This document shows, one piece after another, positions 12,429 through 22,134 of a stretch of DNA of 36,842 nucleotides. The stretch lies in assembly GCA_002269645.1 (NCBI GenBank), contig NIVC01004045.1, positions 1-36,842 of the forward strand, given 5' to 3'. The DNA is from Macrostomum lignano (lineage: Eukaryota). The notes under the pieces are model-generated. The model was not told the origin of the DNA. It saw only the letters and a program-made list of their open reading frames with translations, and did no database searches. Made by a program: the position numbers and the translations under genes. Within the stretch, counting starts at the first letter, position 1. Every line of letters begins with the position of its first letter.

Positions 12429-15400
12429 ACCTGTCAGCAACTCGGCCGCCTGGCAGAGGCCGAGTCCCACCTTCAAGCCGCTCTCCGACTCGTTGGCAGC
12501 GGCTCTGACGACTCAATCGACCCTCAATCGGCTGCCGCTGATGTCGCCGAACAAGACGAATTCCCAGACGGTGACGCTCGCGCCTGCTGTCGATTCCGCG
12601 CTATGGGTCGCCTCGCCGAGCTGGCGGCGGCGAAGCGTCAATCCAATGAGGAGCTCACGGCGCGTCGGCGCCAACTAGCGGCCGCCGGCGCCAATCAGCG
12701 GCGCCTGGCATCGGCGCACGCCGGGCTTGGCGAGGCGCACCGACGACGTGGCGAGCTGCTGGAGGCACTGCGCCATCACTGCTCCGAGCTGGCCGCGGCG
12801 AGGCAACTCGGCGAGGCCGGCCCGACGGCGGAGGCGCTCGGCCGCCTGGGCGAAGTCAACCGGTTGCTAGGCAACGCCAGTTCGGCCGAGCGCTGCTTCA
12901 CTGAGGCGCTCGAGACGGCGGCTAAAGCGGTTCCTTCCGGTTGCTGTCGACCGGAAGTCGAAGCCCGAGCCTGCGCACACCTGGCGGAAGCTCGCTCTGA
13001 TGCTGGTGATCTGCGCGAAGCCGAGGTGCTGTGCGAGCGCCGGTTGCGGCTGCTAAAAAGCGCCGACTCCGCTGAGGCCACCGCCGGCCGCCGCGAGGTC
13101 CTGGCCCGGCTGGCCAACTTCCGGCGTCGGCTCGGCCAACCGGAAGCGGCCGCCGACTGCTGCGAGCGTTGGGCAGCGGCCGCGGCTGACAGCCCGGAGG
13201 CTCTGCAGGAGGCCTGCACCTGTCTGGCCGAATGCCAGGAGGCCGCCGGCCGGCCGGAGCTGGCGCTGCTGGCGCACGAACGGCGCCTGCTGGCGGCGCA
13301 CGAGGCCCGCCGGCCAGACTGGGCCGCCGGCGCCTACGCCGGGATGGCGCGGCTGCATGTCAGCGCCGGCGCCTGGCAGCGCGCGGAGGCCTGCCAGACA
13401 GCGCGTCTGCGCTCCGCGGTGGCGGCCGGCTGGCGCGCCGGCGAAGCGGACGCTGCGGCCGCGCTTGGCGCGCTCTGCTTGGCGGCTGGCCGGGACCCGA
13501 CCGAGGCTGTCAACTGGCACCGGGCGGAGCTGCTGGCAGCTGAAGCTGCCGCGGAAGAAGCGAAGAGTCGTGATGTTGAAAGCAGCAAGCTTGAAGTTGC
13601 GACTGGGACTGAAAACGGAACCGGAAATGCAACCGGAAATGCAGCCGGAAGTGAAAGTGGAACCGAAACTACAACCGGAAACGGAACCAGAAGCGGAGCA
13701 GAAGGAGCGCAAGACAATACCGTAGCAGCAGCAGCGGTCGGCCGGGCCCACCTGAACCTGGCTCACGCCCTGGAACTGGCCGGAGATTCCGCCACCGCCG
13801 TCATGCAGCACCTGGAGCTAGCGGCAGCAGCCGCCAGTTCCAATTCGGCGATTCGACTCCGCGCCCTGACGAGCGTCGGCCGGGTGCTGCGGGGCCTCGG
13901 CGAGGCGGCTGACGCGGCGTCTCGGCTGCAGTGCGCCCTGGAAGCTCAACGGGGAGCGGCGGAGCCCGAGGCGGAAGCCGGGGCCAGATTCGAACTCGGG
14001 CTGTCGCTGAGGATTCTGGGCGAATCGGCTGCGGCTGTTGAAGAGCTTCGACAGTCGGATCGGCTACTGACCGAGCTTCTGGCACGACGGCTGACCAACT
14101 CGGCGGATGCCGAAGCTGAATCTCGTCAACTGGCTGCGTTGTTGACCTGCCTTGAATCGCTGGAGCATCTGTTGATGGACGCGAATGCCGCCGAGGCCCT
14201 GCAACTCGCCGAACGACGTCGCGAGCTTGAATCTGACAAGGTGTATGTATCGGCGTCGGCACTTGGCGACAGCGACTTCTGGTCGAAGCTGTCCTCCAGC
14301 GCGTCCGATGGAGACTGGCGGATTTTGTACTTTTCCGTGGCTGAAGGCCGCCTGCACGGCTGGCTTCTTTGCGGACCGCCTGGCTGCGTGGAAAAGTCTG
14401 CGGCCTGCTTGCTGGACTGTTGCTATGGAAACCAAACAGCCTGGCAGGGCCTGCTGGAGCAGCTGGCGCCGGAATCGAAGCCCGACTGGCGAACTGCGCT
14501 GGTGGCGGAGCCGCAACTTCTCGCCGAGCTGGCGGAGCTCCGACCGACTGGAGGATTCGCCATGGCGACGAGTCTGGCGAGCCTCGGCCGCTGTCGGGCA
14601 GCTTCGCAGGCGGAGGACCAGCAGGAGGATGACGAGTTGCCATTGGAAACGGTAGCTGACGGTTGCCAGGCAACGGAGCGGGCGAGCTGGAACCGGCTGT
14701 GCGAGCAGCTCGGCGGGCTGCCAGCCTCGATGGCGGACGGGCCGCCGCGGGCGGAGCTTCTGCACCTGGCGCTGCCAGCCTGCGCGACCGACAGCGAGGA
14801 GGAGGACGGGGAGCTGCTGGCAACTGGCGAAGCCTGGCGACGGCTCGGAGGCTGTCACTGCCGACTGGCGGTTGTCACCCACTGTTGCCATAGCAACAAT
14901 CTCCGTCGACACTCTCGCCGCCTACTGGAGCGATGCCGGAGTCTGCTGGCTGGTGAGGCGCCTCCAACGGTGCTGCTTCTGCTGCAGCCGGATGCCAGCC
15001 GCCTGGAGGCCGCAGCGGCGCGCCTGCTGGAGTCGCTGATTCGAGAAGAGCCAGCTGGCCGGGCCGCCTCAAGCGTTGCCTCTTTCAGCGACTGTCGAGT
15101 CCTGTTGCTAGGGAGCCCGGAGTCGGCGCTGAGACCGCGCGCCGGCCGGATCGCCGAGGCTTTCGCCGCCGGCCTGCAATTGGCGAACTCGACAGCGGAC
15201 CCCGCCGACTGTCGCCGCTTGCTGCGCCAGCTGCTGAACCTGCTGGATGCCGTCGGCGCCGTCCCCGCTGCACCGATGTTGAGCAGCTTGACGCCCTGGC
15301 GCTCGCTGCTACGCGCGCTGCGATTTCATTTTGCCGAGGACGACGACAACAGCGCTGACGTCGGCAGAGCGTCGGGAAGAAATCCGCGGGAGAGCCGGCT

Positions 15401-15866
15401 GCCGCGCCCGCCGAGCGCCGACCTGGCGGGTCACGTGACGCGGATAGCCGAGGCGGTCCGCGCGCTGCTCCGCCTGCCCGACCGCTGCCTGGCCGCCCTC
15501 TGCCGCCTGCTGGCCGCCCCGCCACCGCTGCTCGCCCAGCTGGCCGGCCACTTGGACGAAGCCGTCGCCTCGGCCGAGGTGGCCGCCCGCCTACCGGCGA
15601 GTCTGTGGCGACTGCCCGGCTGTCAGCAGCTGCTGTCCGGGCTGGGCTTCGACCTGGCCGAGGTTGACGAAAACATTCTGCTGCTCAGAGCGGCCGCGAC
15701 CACGCCGGAAGCTCGGCAACTGCTGAACAGCGCCGCTGTTGCAGTCCTGGCCGCGGTGCCGCCGATTCCGGCTTCGTCGACGAAGTTGCCGTCGCCGACG
15801 CCGCCGCCGCCACCGCTTCGCCGATCCGGCAAAGCCTGGTACGAGGATCTCGAAAACGATGATTAG
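12429..15866 (+). CDS. TTC28: TTC28 orthologue terminal exon: TPRs, degenerate CHAT domain and TTC28 C-terminal conserved block
   Basis: tttttcag|ACC is in frame with ORF 12603-15866. ILYFSVAEGRLHGWLL and LWRLPGCQQLLSGLGFDLAEV match TTC28 VLYYSLAAGYLYSWLL and LWRLPGCHEFLAALGFDLCEV. Stop TAG at 15864-15866. Confidence 0.92.
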   Translation, partial: TCQQLGRLAEAESHLQAALRLVGSGSDDSIDPQSAAADVAEQDEFPDGDARACCRFRAMGRLAELAAAKRQSNEELTARRRQLAAAGANQRRLASAHAGLGEAHRRRGELLEALRHHCSELAAARQLGEAGPTAEALGRLGEVNRLLGNASSAERCFTEALETAAKAVPSGCCRPEVEARACAHLAEARSDAGDLREAEVLCERRLRLLKSADSAEATAGRREVLARLANFRRRLGQPEAAADCCERWAAAAADSPEALQEACTCLAECQEAAGRPELALLAHERRLLAAHEARRPDWAAGAYAGMARLHVSAGAWQRAEACQTARLRSAVAAGWRAGEADAAAALGALCLAAGRDPTEAVNWHRAELLAAEAAAEEAKSRDVESSKLEVATGTENGTGNATGNAAGSESGTETTTGNGTRSGAEGAQDNTVAAAAVGRAHLNLAHALELAGDSATAVMQHLELAAAAASSNSAIRLRALTSVGRVLRGLGEAADAASRLQCALEAQRGAAEPEAEAGARFELGLSLRILGESAAAVEELRQSDRLLTELLARRLTNSADAEAESRQLAALLTCLESLEHLLMDANAAEALQLAERRRELESDKVYVSASALGDSDFWSKLSSSASDGDWRILYFSVAEGRLHGWLLCGPPGCVEKSAACLLDCCYGNQTAWQGLLEQLAPESKPDWRTALVAEPQLLAELAELRPTGGFAMATSLASLGRCRAASQAEDQQEDDELPLETVADGCQATERASWNRLCEQLGGLPASMADGPPRAELLHLALPACATDSEEEDGELLATGEAWRRLGGCHCRLAVVTHCCHSNNLRRHSRRLLERCRSLLAGEAPPTVLLLLQPDASRLEAAAARLLESLIREEPAGRAASSVASFSDCRVLLLGSPESALRPRAGRIAEAFAAGLQLANSTADPADCRRLLRQLLNLLDAVGAVPAAPMLSSLTPWRSLLRALRFHFAEDDDNSADVGRASGRNPRESRLPRPPSADLAGHVTRIAEAVRALLRLPDRCLAALCRLLAAPPPLLAQLAGHLDEAVASAEVAARLPASLWRLPGCQQLLSGLGFDLAEVDENILLLRAAATTPEARQLLNSAAVAVLAAVPPIPASSTKLPSPTPPPPPLRRSGKAWYEDLENDD

Positions 15867-16034
15867 GACGAGACAGAATGACGAGAACAGTCCATGCAAT
15901 GTTCGCTGGTCAAATTGTTTGCTGTTTGTATTCTGTGATGCAGTGTCTGCTTGAAATTGTCATGCTAATCATTAATTTGCACTGTAATATACACACGCAT
16001 ACTTATATAGAGATTTGCACTTGAAAACATAGTA

Positions 16035-16040
16035 AATAAA
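16035..16040 (+). promoter_or_regulatory. Candidate poly(A) signal AATAAA for TTC28
   Basis: First AATAAA, about 170 nt after the stop codon. Confidence 0.5.
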
Positions 16041-16414
16041 GTCAAGACAAATGACGGAGCCGGTATATTATTTGACCGAAACAATTGTTGGCTGCAGGCC
16101 ATCTCTGGTATGTTCTTTTGGTTCGATTTCATTTTTAAATCGAAATAAGCAGGCAGTTGCAGATTTTCCAGAGAGCGGAACAGGACGCATTTCTTTCAAC
16201 TGAATAAGTTTGTTTTGGCAACAGCGGCGCAGAAAACAGAAAATTTTTCTTTGTTTTTAAAAAAAACAAGCGCATAAACTGCTTTCAGAGTCTGACTGGA
16301 TTGGCAGTCCTTGACTGACCGCTGGCTGGTGCCTATTTTTGAGCTGTCTCTGAAATGCAAGTTTTGAAAATAGTGGCTTTATTATATTGTTGAAAATTCT
16401 ACTGCTCAGTGTGA

Positions 16415-16860
16415 CTCGGGTATTGGGAATCAGGTATTGGGTATAGGAAATCTTGGTACTAGGAATCGGGTTTTGGGAATTAGGAATCGGGTATTGGGAA
16501 TTGGGAATCGGATATTGGGTATTGGAAATCTTGGTACTAGGAATCGGGTTTTGGGAATTAGGAATCGGGTATTGGGAATTGGGAATCGGATATTGGGAAT
16601 TGGGTATTGGGAATCGGGTATTAGGAATTGGGTATTGGGTATTGGGAATTGGGTATTGGGTATCGGGAATCGGGTATTAGGAATCGGGTATTGAGAATTG
16701 GAAATCGGGTATTGGGTATTGGGAATTGGGTATTGGGTATTGGGAATTGGGAATCGGGTATTGAGAATTGGAAATCGGGTATTGGGTATTGAGAATTGGG
16801 TATTGGGTATTGGGTATTGGGTATTGGGACTCGGGTATTGGGTATTGGGAATCAAATATT
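16415..16860. repeat. Heptamer satellite (GGGTATT/GGGAATT/GGGAATC)n
   Basis: Seen directly between the two convergent stop codons. Confidence 0.95.
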
Positions 16861-16935
16861 GCGTAACATTTATCAAGAATCACAATTTACTGCAATCTAC
16901 TGCAATCTATTGCGATCAACTGCAATATGCTCAAA

Positions 16936-17456
16936 TTACTCACTAGCGTAGGCCTTGGCAACGTACTCCCGCATGCTAGCAACCACAGAATCTGGGATGA
17001 GCATCTCAAAGCTCTCCTTAGGCAGCTTGGCCAGTTTGACATCGGACAGCGCCGAGCAGGTGGCCGCTCGACCCTCGTCAAGCACGAGCGCCCGCTCGCC
17101 AAAGAACTCATTGGCGCCCATTGTGCGCACCTGCTTGCCGCCGACCAAGACGCTGACGCTGCCGTCCAAGATAAAGTACATCGCGTCGCCCGGCTCGCCC
17201 TGACGACAGATGACGTCACCTTTGTGCATGGTGAGTACTTCTATCGCGTCAATCAGACTATTCACGTGACTGTCCGTGAGGTTGTTGCTGAACAATGGGA
17301 TCTGCCGGATGACTCGCTCGAAGCATTCCGCATTGCGAACCGCTTGATTCTTTTTCAACCAAACGTAGCGAGTTGCGTTCAGCACCCACAGCTCACCGTC
17401 TGTCAGGGCCGTGATGCTGGCAGCGCGAGGGGCGTGATTGACGAGAGCCAGGTCAC
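16936..17456 (-). CDS. PKA regulatory-subunit-like protein exon 3 (end of cNMP domain A and all of cNMP domain B)
   Basis: ccgccag|GT GAC CTG, stop TAA at 16936. Encodes [14 protein letters not shown] and [34 protein letters not shown], both phosphate-binding cassettes. Confidence 0.9.
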
Positions 17457-17470
17457 CTGGCGGCGGGGTT

Positions 17471-18170
17471 TTGATAGTAGTATCTGTTAGTTATCAGTAG
17501 TATCTGTTAGCTATCAGTAGTATCTGTTAGCTATCAGTAGTATCTGTTAGCTATCAGTAGTATCTGTTAGCTATCAGTAGTATCTGTTAGCTATCAGTAG
17601 TATCTGTTAGCTATCAGTAGTATCTGTTAGCTATCAGTAGTATCTGTTAGTTATCAGTAGTATCTGTTAGCTATCAGTAGTATCTGTTAGCTATCAGTAG
17701 TATCTGTTAGTTATCAGTAGTATCTGTTAGTTATCAGTAGTATCTGTTAGCTATCAGTAGTATCTGTTAGCTATCAGTAGTATCTGTTAGTTATCAGTAG
17801 TATCTGTTAGCTATCAGTAGTATCTGTTAGTTATCAGTAGTATCTGTTAGCTATCAGTAGTATCTGTTAGCTATCAGTAGTATCTGTTAGTTATCAGTAG
17901 TATCTGTTAGTTATCAGTAGTATCTGTTAGTTATCAGTAGTATCTGTTAGTTATCAGTAGTATCTGTTAGTTATCAGTAGTATCTGTTAGTTATCAGTAG
18001 TATCTGTTAGTTATCAGTAGTATCTGTTAGTTATCAGTAGTATCTGTTAGTTATCAGTAGTATCTGTTAGCTATCAGTAGTATCTGTTAGTTATCAGTAG
18101 TATCTGTTAGTTATCAGTAGTATCTGTTAGTTATCAGTAGTATCTGTTAGCTATCGGTAGTATCGGTTAA
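17471..18170. repeat. Very homogeneous 20 nt minisatellite (YTATCAGTAGTATCTGTTAG), ~34 copies
   Basis: Exact 20-nt register with a single C/T variant site; fills intron 2 of the PKA-R-like gene. Confidence 0.97.
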
Positions 18171-18284
18171 TTATCTGTAGTACCTATTTGTGAAACTAGT
18201 AGCATTATTCAGTAGTATTATAGCAGTATTAGCTCATATTAATATTATAATCTATTTAAACAAAAACAGCAGAATCCAGTTCAC

Positions 18285-18456
18285 CGAAGTAACCGGAGCC
18301 TTCGTAAGTTCGAATCCTGGTGCTCTTGCCTCCCTTCATCACCGTGCAGTCGTACTTGCCGCTTCGAATGACGAAGAAGGCGTCGCCCACGTCGCCCTGT
18401 TTGATCACCACCTCGCCTTTGGTCACTTTGCGCCGGTACATGTAGCCAATGACCGA
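18285..18456 (-). CDS. PKA regulatory-subunit-like protein exon 2 (cNMP domain A)
   Basis: cacttacag|TCG ... TTCG|gtgaac, phase 0/1. VIKQGDVGDAFFVIRSGKYD resembles RII [20 protein letters not shown]. Confidence 0.88.
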
Positions 18457-18639
18457 CTGTAAGTGAGGAGATTGTGCTTGGGTCAATGAATGTCAGTAAA
18501 TGTGCAATGGCGCCTAGAAATCGTGTCACTGTTGCTTGAGTAGAAGTGACGGCTCCAGCTGGCAGGCCACATCATCCGCACGTCCTGTGACGCGGCTTTT
18601 GTTTTACGACCTAACTGACAGAGTATTCTGGCGCGTTAC

Positions 18640-19014
18640 CTTCAGCTCCTTGTCCTCGTATCCTTGAAACAGCACCAGCGAATTGATCTGCTTGATAATT
18701 TCGGCGATCTCCTTGCTAGTTTTGTTGCAGTCCTTTTTAGTGTCGATGAAATCGCTCTCGGACATCTCATCCAGGTTGCAAGCCTGGATCATGCCGCTCC
18801 TCGGGCTCACCACGTTGTCGTTGCTCACTTCGTCGTCGTCCTCCCAGAATGGCATACTGCTGCCGCGAAAAACATCCGTGGAGAAGTGGCTGCTGCCTCG
18901 GCTACGGGAGTCTCTGCTGCCCTTTTCGCTGGCGTGCTGATTAGTGAGAGGCGCTGCCCGTTCAGAGAGGCCTTCTTGCTGCTCATCAGTCAATTCCTCT
19001 TGCTCGGTCGGCAT
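18640..19014 (-). CDS. PKA regulatory-subunit-like protein exon 1 (acidic linker and start of cNMP domain A)
   Basis: GCC ATG with an in-frame TAG upstream; donor AAG|gtaacg, phase 0. KTSKEIAEIIKQINSLVLFQGYEDKELK resembles RII [27 protein letters not shown]. Confidence 0.82.
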
Positions 19015-19459
19015 GGCCCTACGCTTTTGGACGCGGCCAGTGAACTAATTTGTAATAATAAAGACAGACTCGACACACAGCAAGCAGATCCGGGGGGCGG
19101 GGATGAAATCTTGCTTGCTTGTTATTGCACTAATACGGAATCAGACGGAGGGCGAGAGAGATCAAGTGTCTTGCAAATAGTCTATGGCAATTTGGGCTTG
19201 CAGCGAAGCTATAAGGCTATAAAGCGCTGACAACGGCGTTTGTTTGCTAGCGCATGTTTATAGCAATGTTGTGGCACTGTATGTGAGCGGAAAGATCAAA
19301 GGACTGCTTCCAGACGGTCAATCATCAAAGTTTAATAACCGAAGTTAGTCTAGTTGAGGCTAACGTACGTACAGGTGAAGTACGGCGATTATTTGCTGCT
19401 TTTAGTGCTGATATCCATCGGTCAGAGCCCCACCACCACTTCACAATGAGTAGGAGCTC

Positions 19460-19935
19460 AGGAAAGTGACCGGTGACTCAACCTAAGAGCACAGGGGAAT
19501 TGACCGGTGACTCAGCCTGAGAAGACAGGGAAAGTGACCAGTGACTCAGCCTGAGAACACAGGGGAAGTGACCGGTGACTCAACCTGAGAAGACAGGGGA
19601 AGTTACCGGTGACTCAACCTGAGCGCACAGGGGAAGTGACCGGTGACTCAACCTGAGAACACAGGGGAAGTGACCGGTGACTCAACCTGAGAACACAGGG
19701 GAAGTGACCGGTGACTCAACCTGAGAAGACAGGGGAAGTTACCGGTGACTCAACCTGAGCGCACAGGGGAAGTGACCGGTGACTCAACCTGAGAACACAG
19801 GGGAAGTGACCGGTGACTCAACCTGAGAAGACAGGGGAAGTTACCGGTGACTCAGCCTGAAAAGACAGGGGAAGTGACCGGTGACTCAACCTGAGCGCAC
19901 AGGGGAAGTGACCGGTGGCTCAACCTGAGAACAGG
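19460..19935. repeat. 34 nt minisatellite, ~14 copies, carrying TGACTCA
   Basis: Unit ACAGGGGAAGTGACCGGTGACTCAACCTGAGAAC; I count 13 intact TGACTCA. Confidence 0.95.
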
Positions 19936-20145
19936 TAAGCTAACATTAAATGATGCAACACAAATGAAGATAAGCCACTCAATTTAAATTCGTACGGAAC
20001 AGGAACGGAACTATCAATAGTAATGGGTCTGCACAAACAGCCACAGTAAGATGTGTGCTGTAGGGTCAGACCTTAGCCAAGCATATATTTACACACAAGA
20101 ATTGCAATGCAAAGCCATCGCTAAAAGCAGTTGTTAAGATTGTTA

Positions 20146-21147
20146 TTACAGCAGGCCCTGCATCTCCTGCATGAATTTCTCGTAGGCGTCGTCCTTGGCG
20201 CTGCTGCTCATCTGCTGCTGACGGTGGTGACTAGCGGCGGCCTCGTCGCCGACACCGATAACGCCGGAGATTGGCGGGGCGCTGACAGCAGTTGCCGCCG
20301 CCGACTGCTGATGACCAGCGGAAGAAACCATTGCTGGATGCAGTTGCTTATGTTGCTGCTGCTGCTGGGCGCTTCGCTTGATCCGAACCGCGGTTGGCAC
20401 GAGTTTGGTGGCATCGCCGATCAGGTTCTTCAACTGCGGCGCAGCCGAGATGCTCGTCTGTCCGTGGCGTCGGGGGCCGGCCTCGGCCGGGGCTGCGGCT
20501 GCCGGAGCGACAGGCGGCGGCTGCGCCTGCGGCGGAACAATCGCCTGAGGCGGCGGCGGCGGCGGTGGCATCGCCGGCTGAGGTCGATGAAGCGACGCCG
20601 CCGCAGCTGCTGCAGCTGCCGCAGCCGCAGCCGCCGCAGCCGCCGCCGGCGCGGGCGGATTCGGCTGCATCGAAGGCGCAGGCGGCACCAGCGGCGCTGG
20701 CGCCGGCGCTTTCTCGCCGGGAGGCGCCGGCTCGTCGCTGAATCGGATCGACTTCTGCTGCAGCGGCTGTGCCGGAGGCGGCTTCGCTGACGGCGGCTCG
20801 TCCTCGCAGTCGGAGAGGTCCGGCGGCGGTCCCGGCGGCGGCCCGGCCGGCTTTCTGTCCGGCTTCTTCCGCGGCGGCGGCGCCGAGGCTTTTAAAATGC
20901 CGGGCAGGAGGCCGCCGTCAGCTGAGAACACGCTGGACGGAGGCGGGATGGCGCCGCCGGGGAACACGGGCGGGAAGCCGGGCGCTTGGGTGGCGCCGGG
21001 CGGCAGCGAGGGCAGCGGGATGCTGCTGGTGTCGACGTTCTCGGCCGCTCGGACCTGCTCGTAGAACAGCGCGCGCTGCTGCCGGCGCTGCTCGTACTCT
21101 TGGCGGGCGGCGACCAGCTTGCCAGCCTCGTCCGGGCTCTCGCGTTG
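20146..21147 (-). CDS. WBP11: WBP11 (SIPP1/NpwBP) exon 3: proline-rich region and conserved C-terminus
   Basis: cccccag|CAA CGC GAG. EYEQRRQQ..VDTSSIPLP resembles EYEQKRAQ..VEVESIPLP; the end KDDAYEKFMQEMQGLL* resembles KDDVYEAFMKEMEGLL. Confidence 0.93.
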   Translation of the reverse strand, partial: QRESPDEAGKLVAARQEYEQRRQQRALFYEQVRAAENVDTSSIPLPSLPPGATQAPGFPPVFPGGAIPPPSSVFSADGGLLPGILKASAPPPRKKPDRKPAGPPPGPPPDLSDCEDEPPSAKPPPAQPLQQKSIRFSDEPAPPGEKAPAPAPLVPPAPSMQPNPPAPAAAAAAAAAAAAAAAAASLHRPQPAMPPPPPPPQAIVPPQAQPPPVAPAAAAPAEAGPRRHGQTSISAAPQLKNLIGDATKLVPTAVRIKRSAQQQQQHKQLHPAMVSSAGHQQSAAATAVSAPPISGVIGVGDEAAASHHRQQQMSSSAKDDAYEKFMQEMQGLL

Positions 21148-21334
21148 CTGGGGGGGGGGGGGGCAATGAGAATTGGCGGAAATGGGGACAGCTGACTTGC
21201 ATACTTGCGAGTGCTCCGGAATTGGGATACAAGACTAGGAAGGGGATCATAGATTAGTGCTGCGGGGGTCTTGGATTAGTGATAGGATAACGGATCATTG
21301 ATGGGGATAATGAATTATTGATAGGGATTATTGA

Positions 21335-21610
21335 TTAGTGATGGGAGAATGGATTAGTGATGGGAGAATGGATTAGTGATGAGATAATGGATTAGTGATG
21401 AGATAATGGATTAGTGATGGGAGAATGGATTAGTGATGGGAGAATGGATTAGTGATGGGAGAATGGATTAGTGATGGAAGAATGGATTAGTGATGGGAGA
21501 ATGGATTAGTGATGAGATAATGGATTAGTGATGAGATAATGGATTAGTGATGGGAGAATGGATTAGTGATGGGATAATGGATTAGTGATGGGATAATGGA
21601 TTAGTGATGG
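21335..21610. repeat. 19 nt minisatellite (GGATTAGTGATGGGAGAAT)
   Basis: Tandem copies in WBP11 intron 2. Confidence 0.93.
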
Positions 21611-21906
21611 TGATTGTGGATTAGGAATGGAGAATTATGAATTAGAGACGAACTTATGGACTAGGGATAGAAAATATGGATTTGGAGCTCCTGGATTAGG
21701 GATTTGAATCCTGTATTAAAAATATGGATTATGGATTGAACAGGATTCTGGATTAATCTATAATCCTAGATTATGGATTAGGAATCAGGGCCGGGATGCT
21801 GAATTAGGGATGGGGATTCCGGATTAAGGATTAGAAATGCGGATTTGGAAGGTAGAACAGAAATGAATTAACGATAAGATAGCGACAGCAGCGCAGAGGC
21901 ACTCAC

Positions 21907-22119
21907 AACCATAGACAGGATCCGGTCGTAGGTCTCCAGCAGTTTCCTGCGCTTCTCCTGAATAACTCGCAGTGCCAACCTCTCGCCGTCGCTGAAACCA
22001 ACGGCGCTGCCGCCGCCGATGTCGGCCTCAGCTGACGGATCCAGCTCCATTTTGTCGTACTCTTCCAGCTCAATTAGTATCTGGTCTGGTTGGCGCGCCT
22101 TCAGCACGCTGGTTCGCAC
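21907..22119 (-). CDS. WBP11: WBP11 exon 2
   Basis: catcttgcag|GTG CGA ... GTT|gtgagt, phase 0/0. VRTSVLKARQPDQILIELEEYDKME..EKRRKLLETYDRIL fits the Wbp11 N-terminal domain. Confidence 0.92.
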
Positions 22120-22134
22120 CTGCAAGATGGGAAG

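Noticed and set aside
11637-15899. Many overlapping antisense and alternate-frame ORFs over TTC28, and 20131-21257 over WBP11
   Set aside because: Shadows of very GC-rich coding sequence; no independent splice signals or motifs.
17471-19935. Regular 20-nt and 34-nt arrays resembling CRISPR
   Set aside because: Head-to-tail repeats with no unique spacers, no cas genes and a eukaryotic context.
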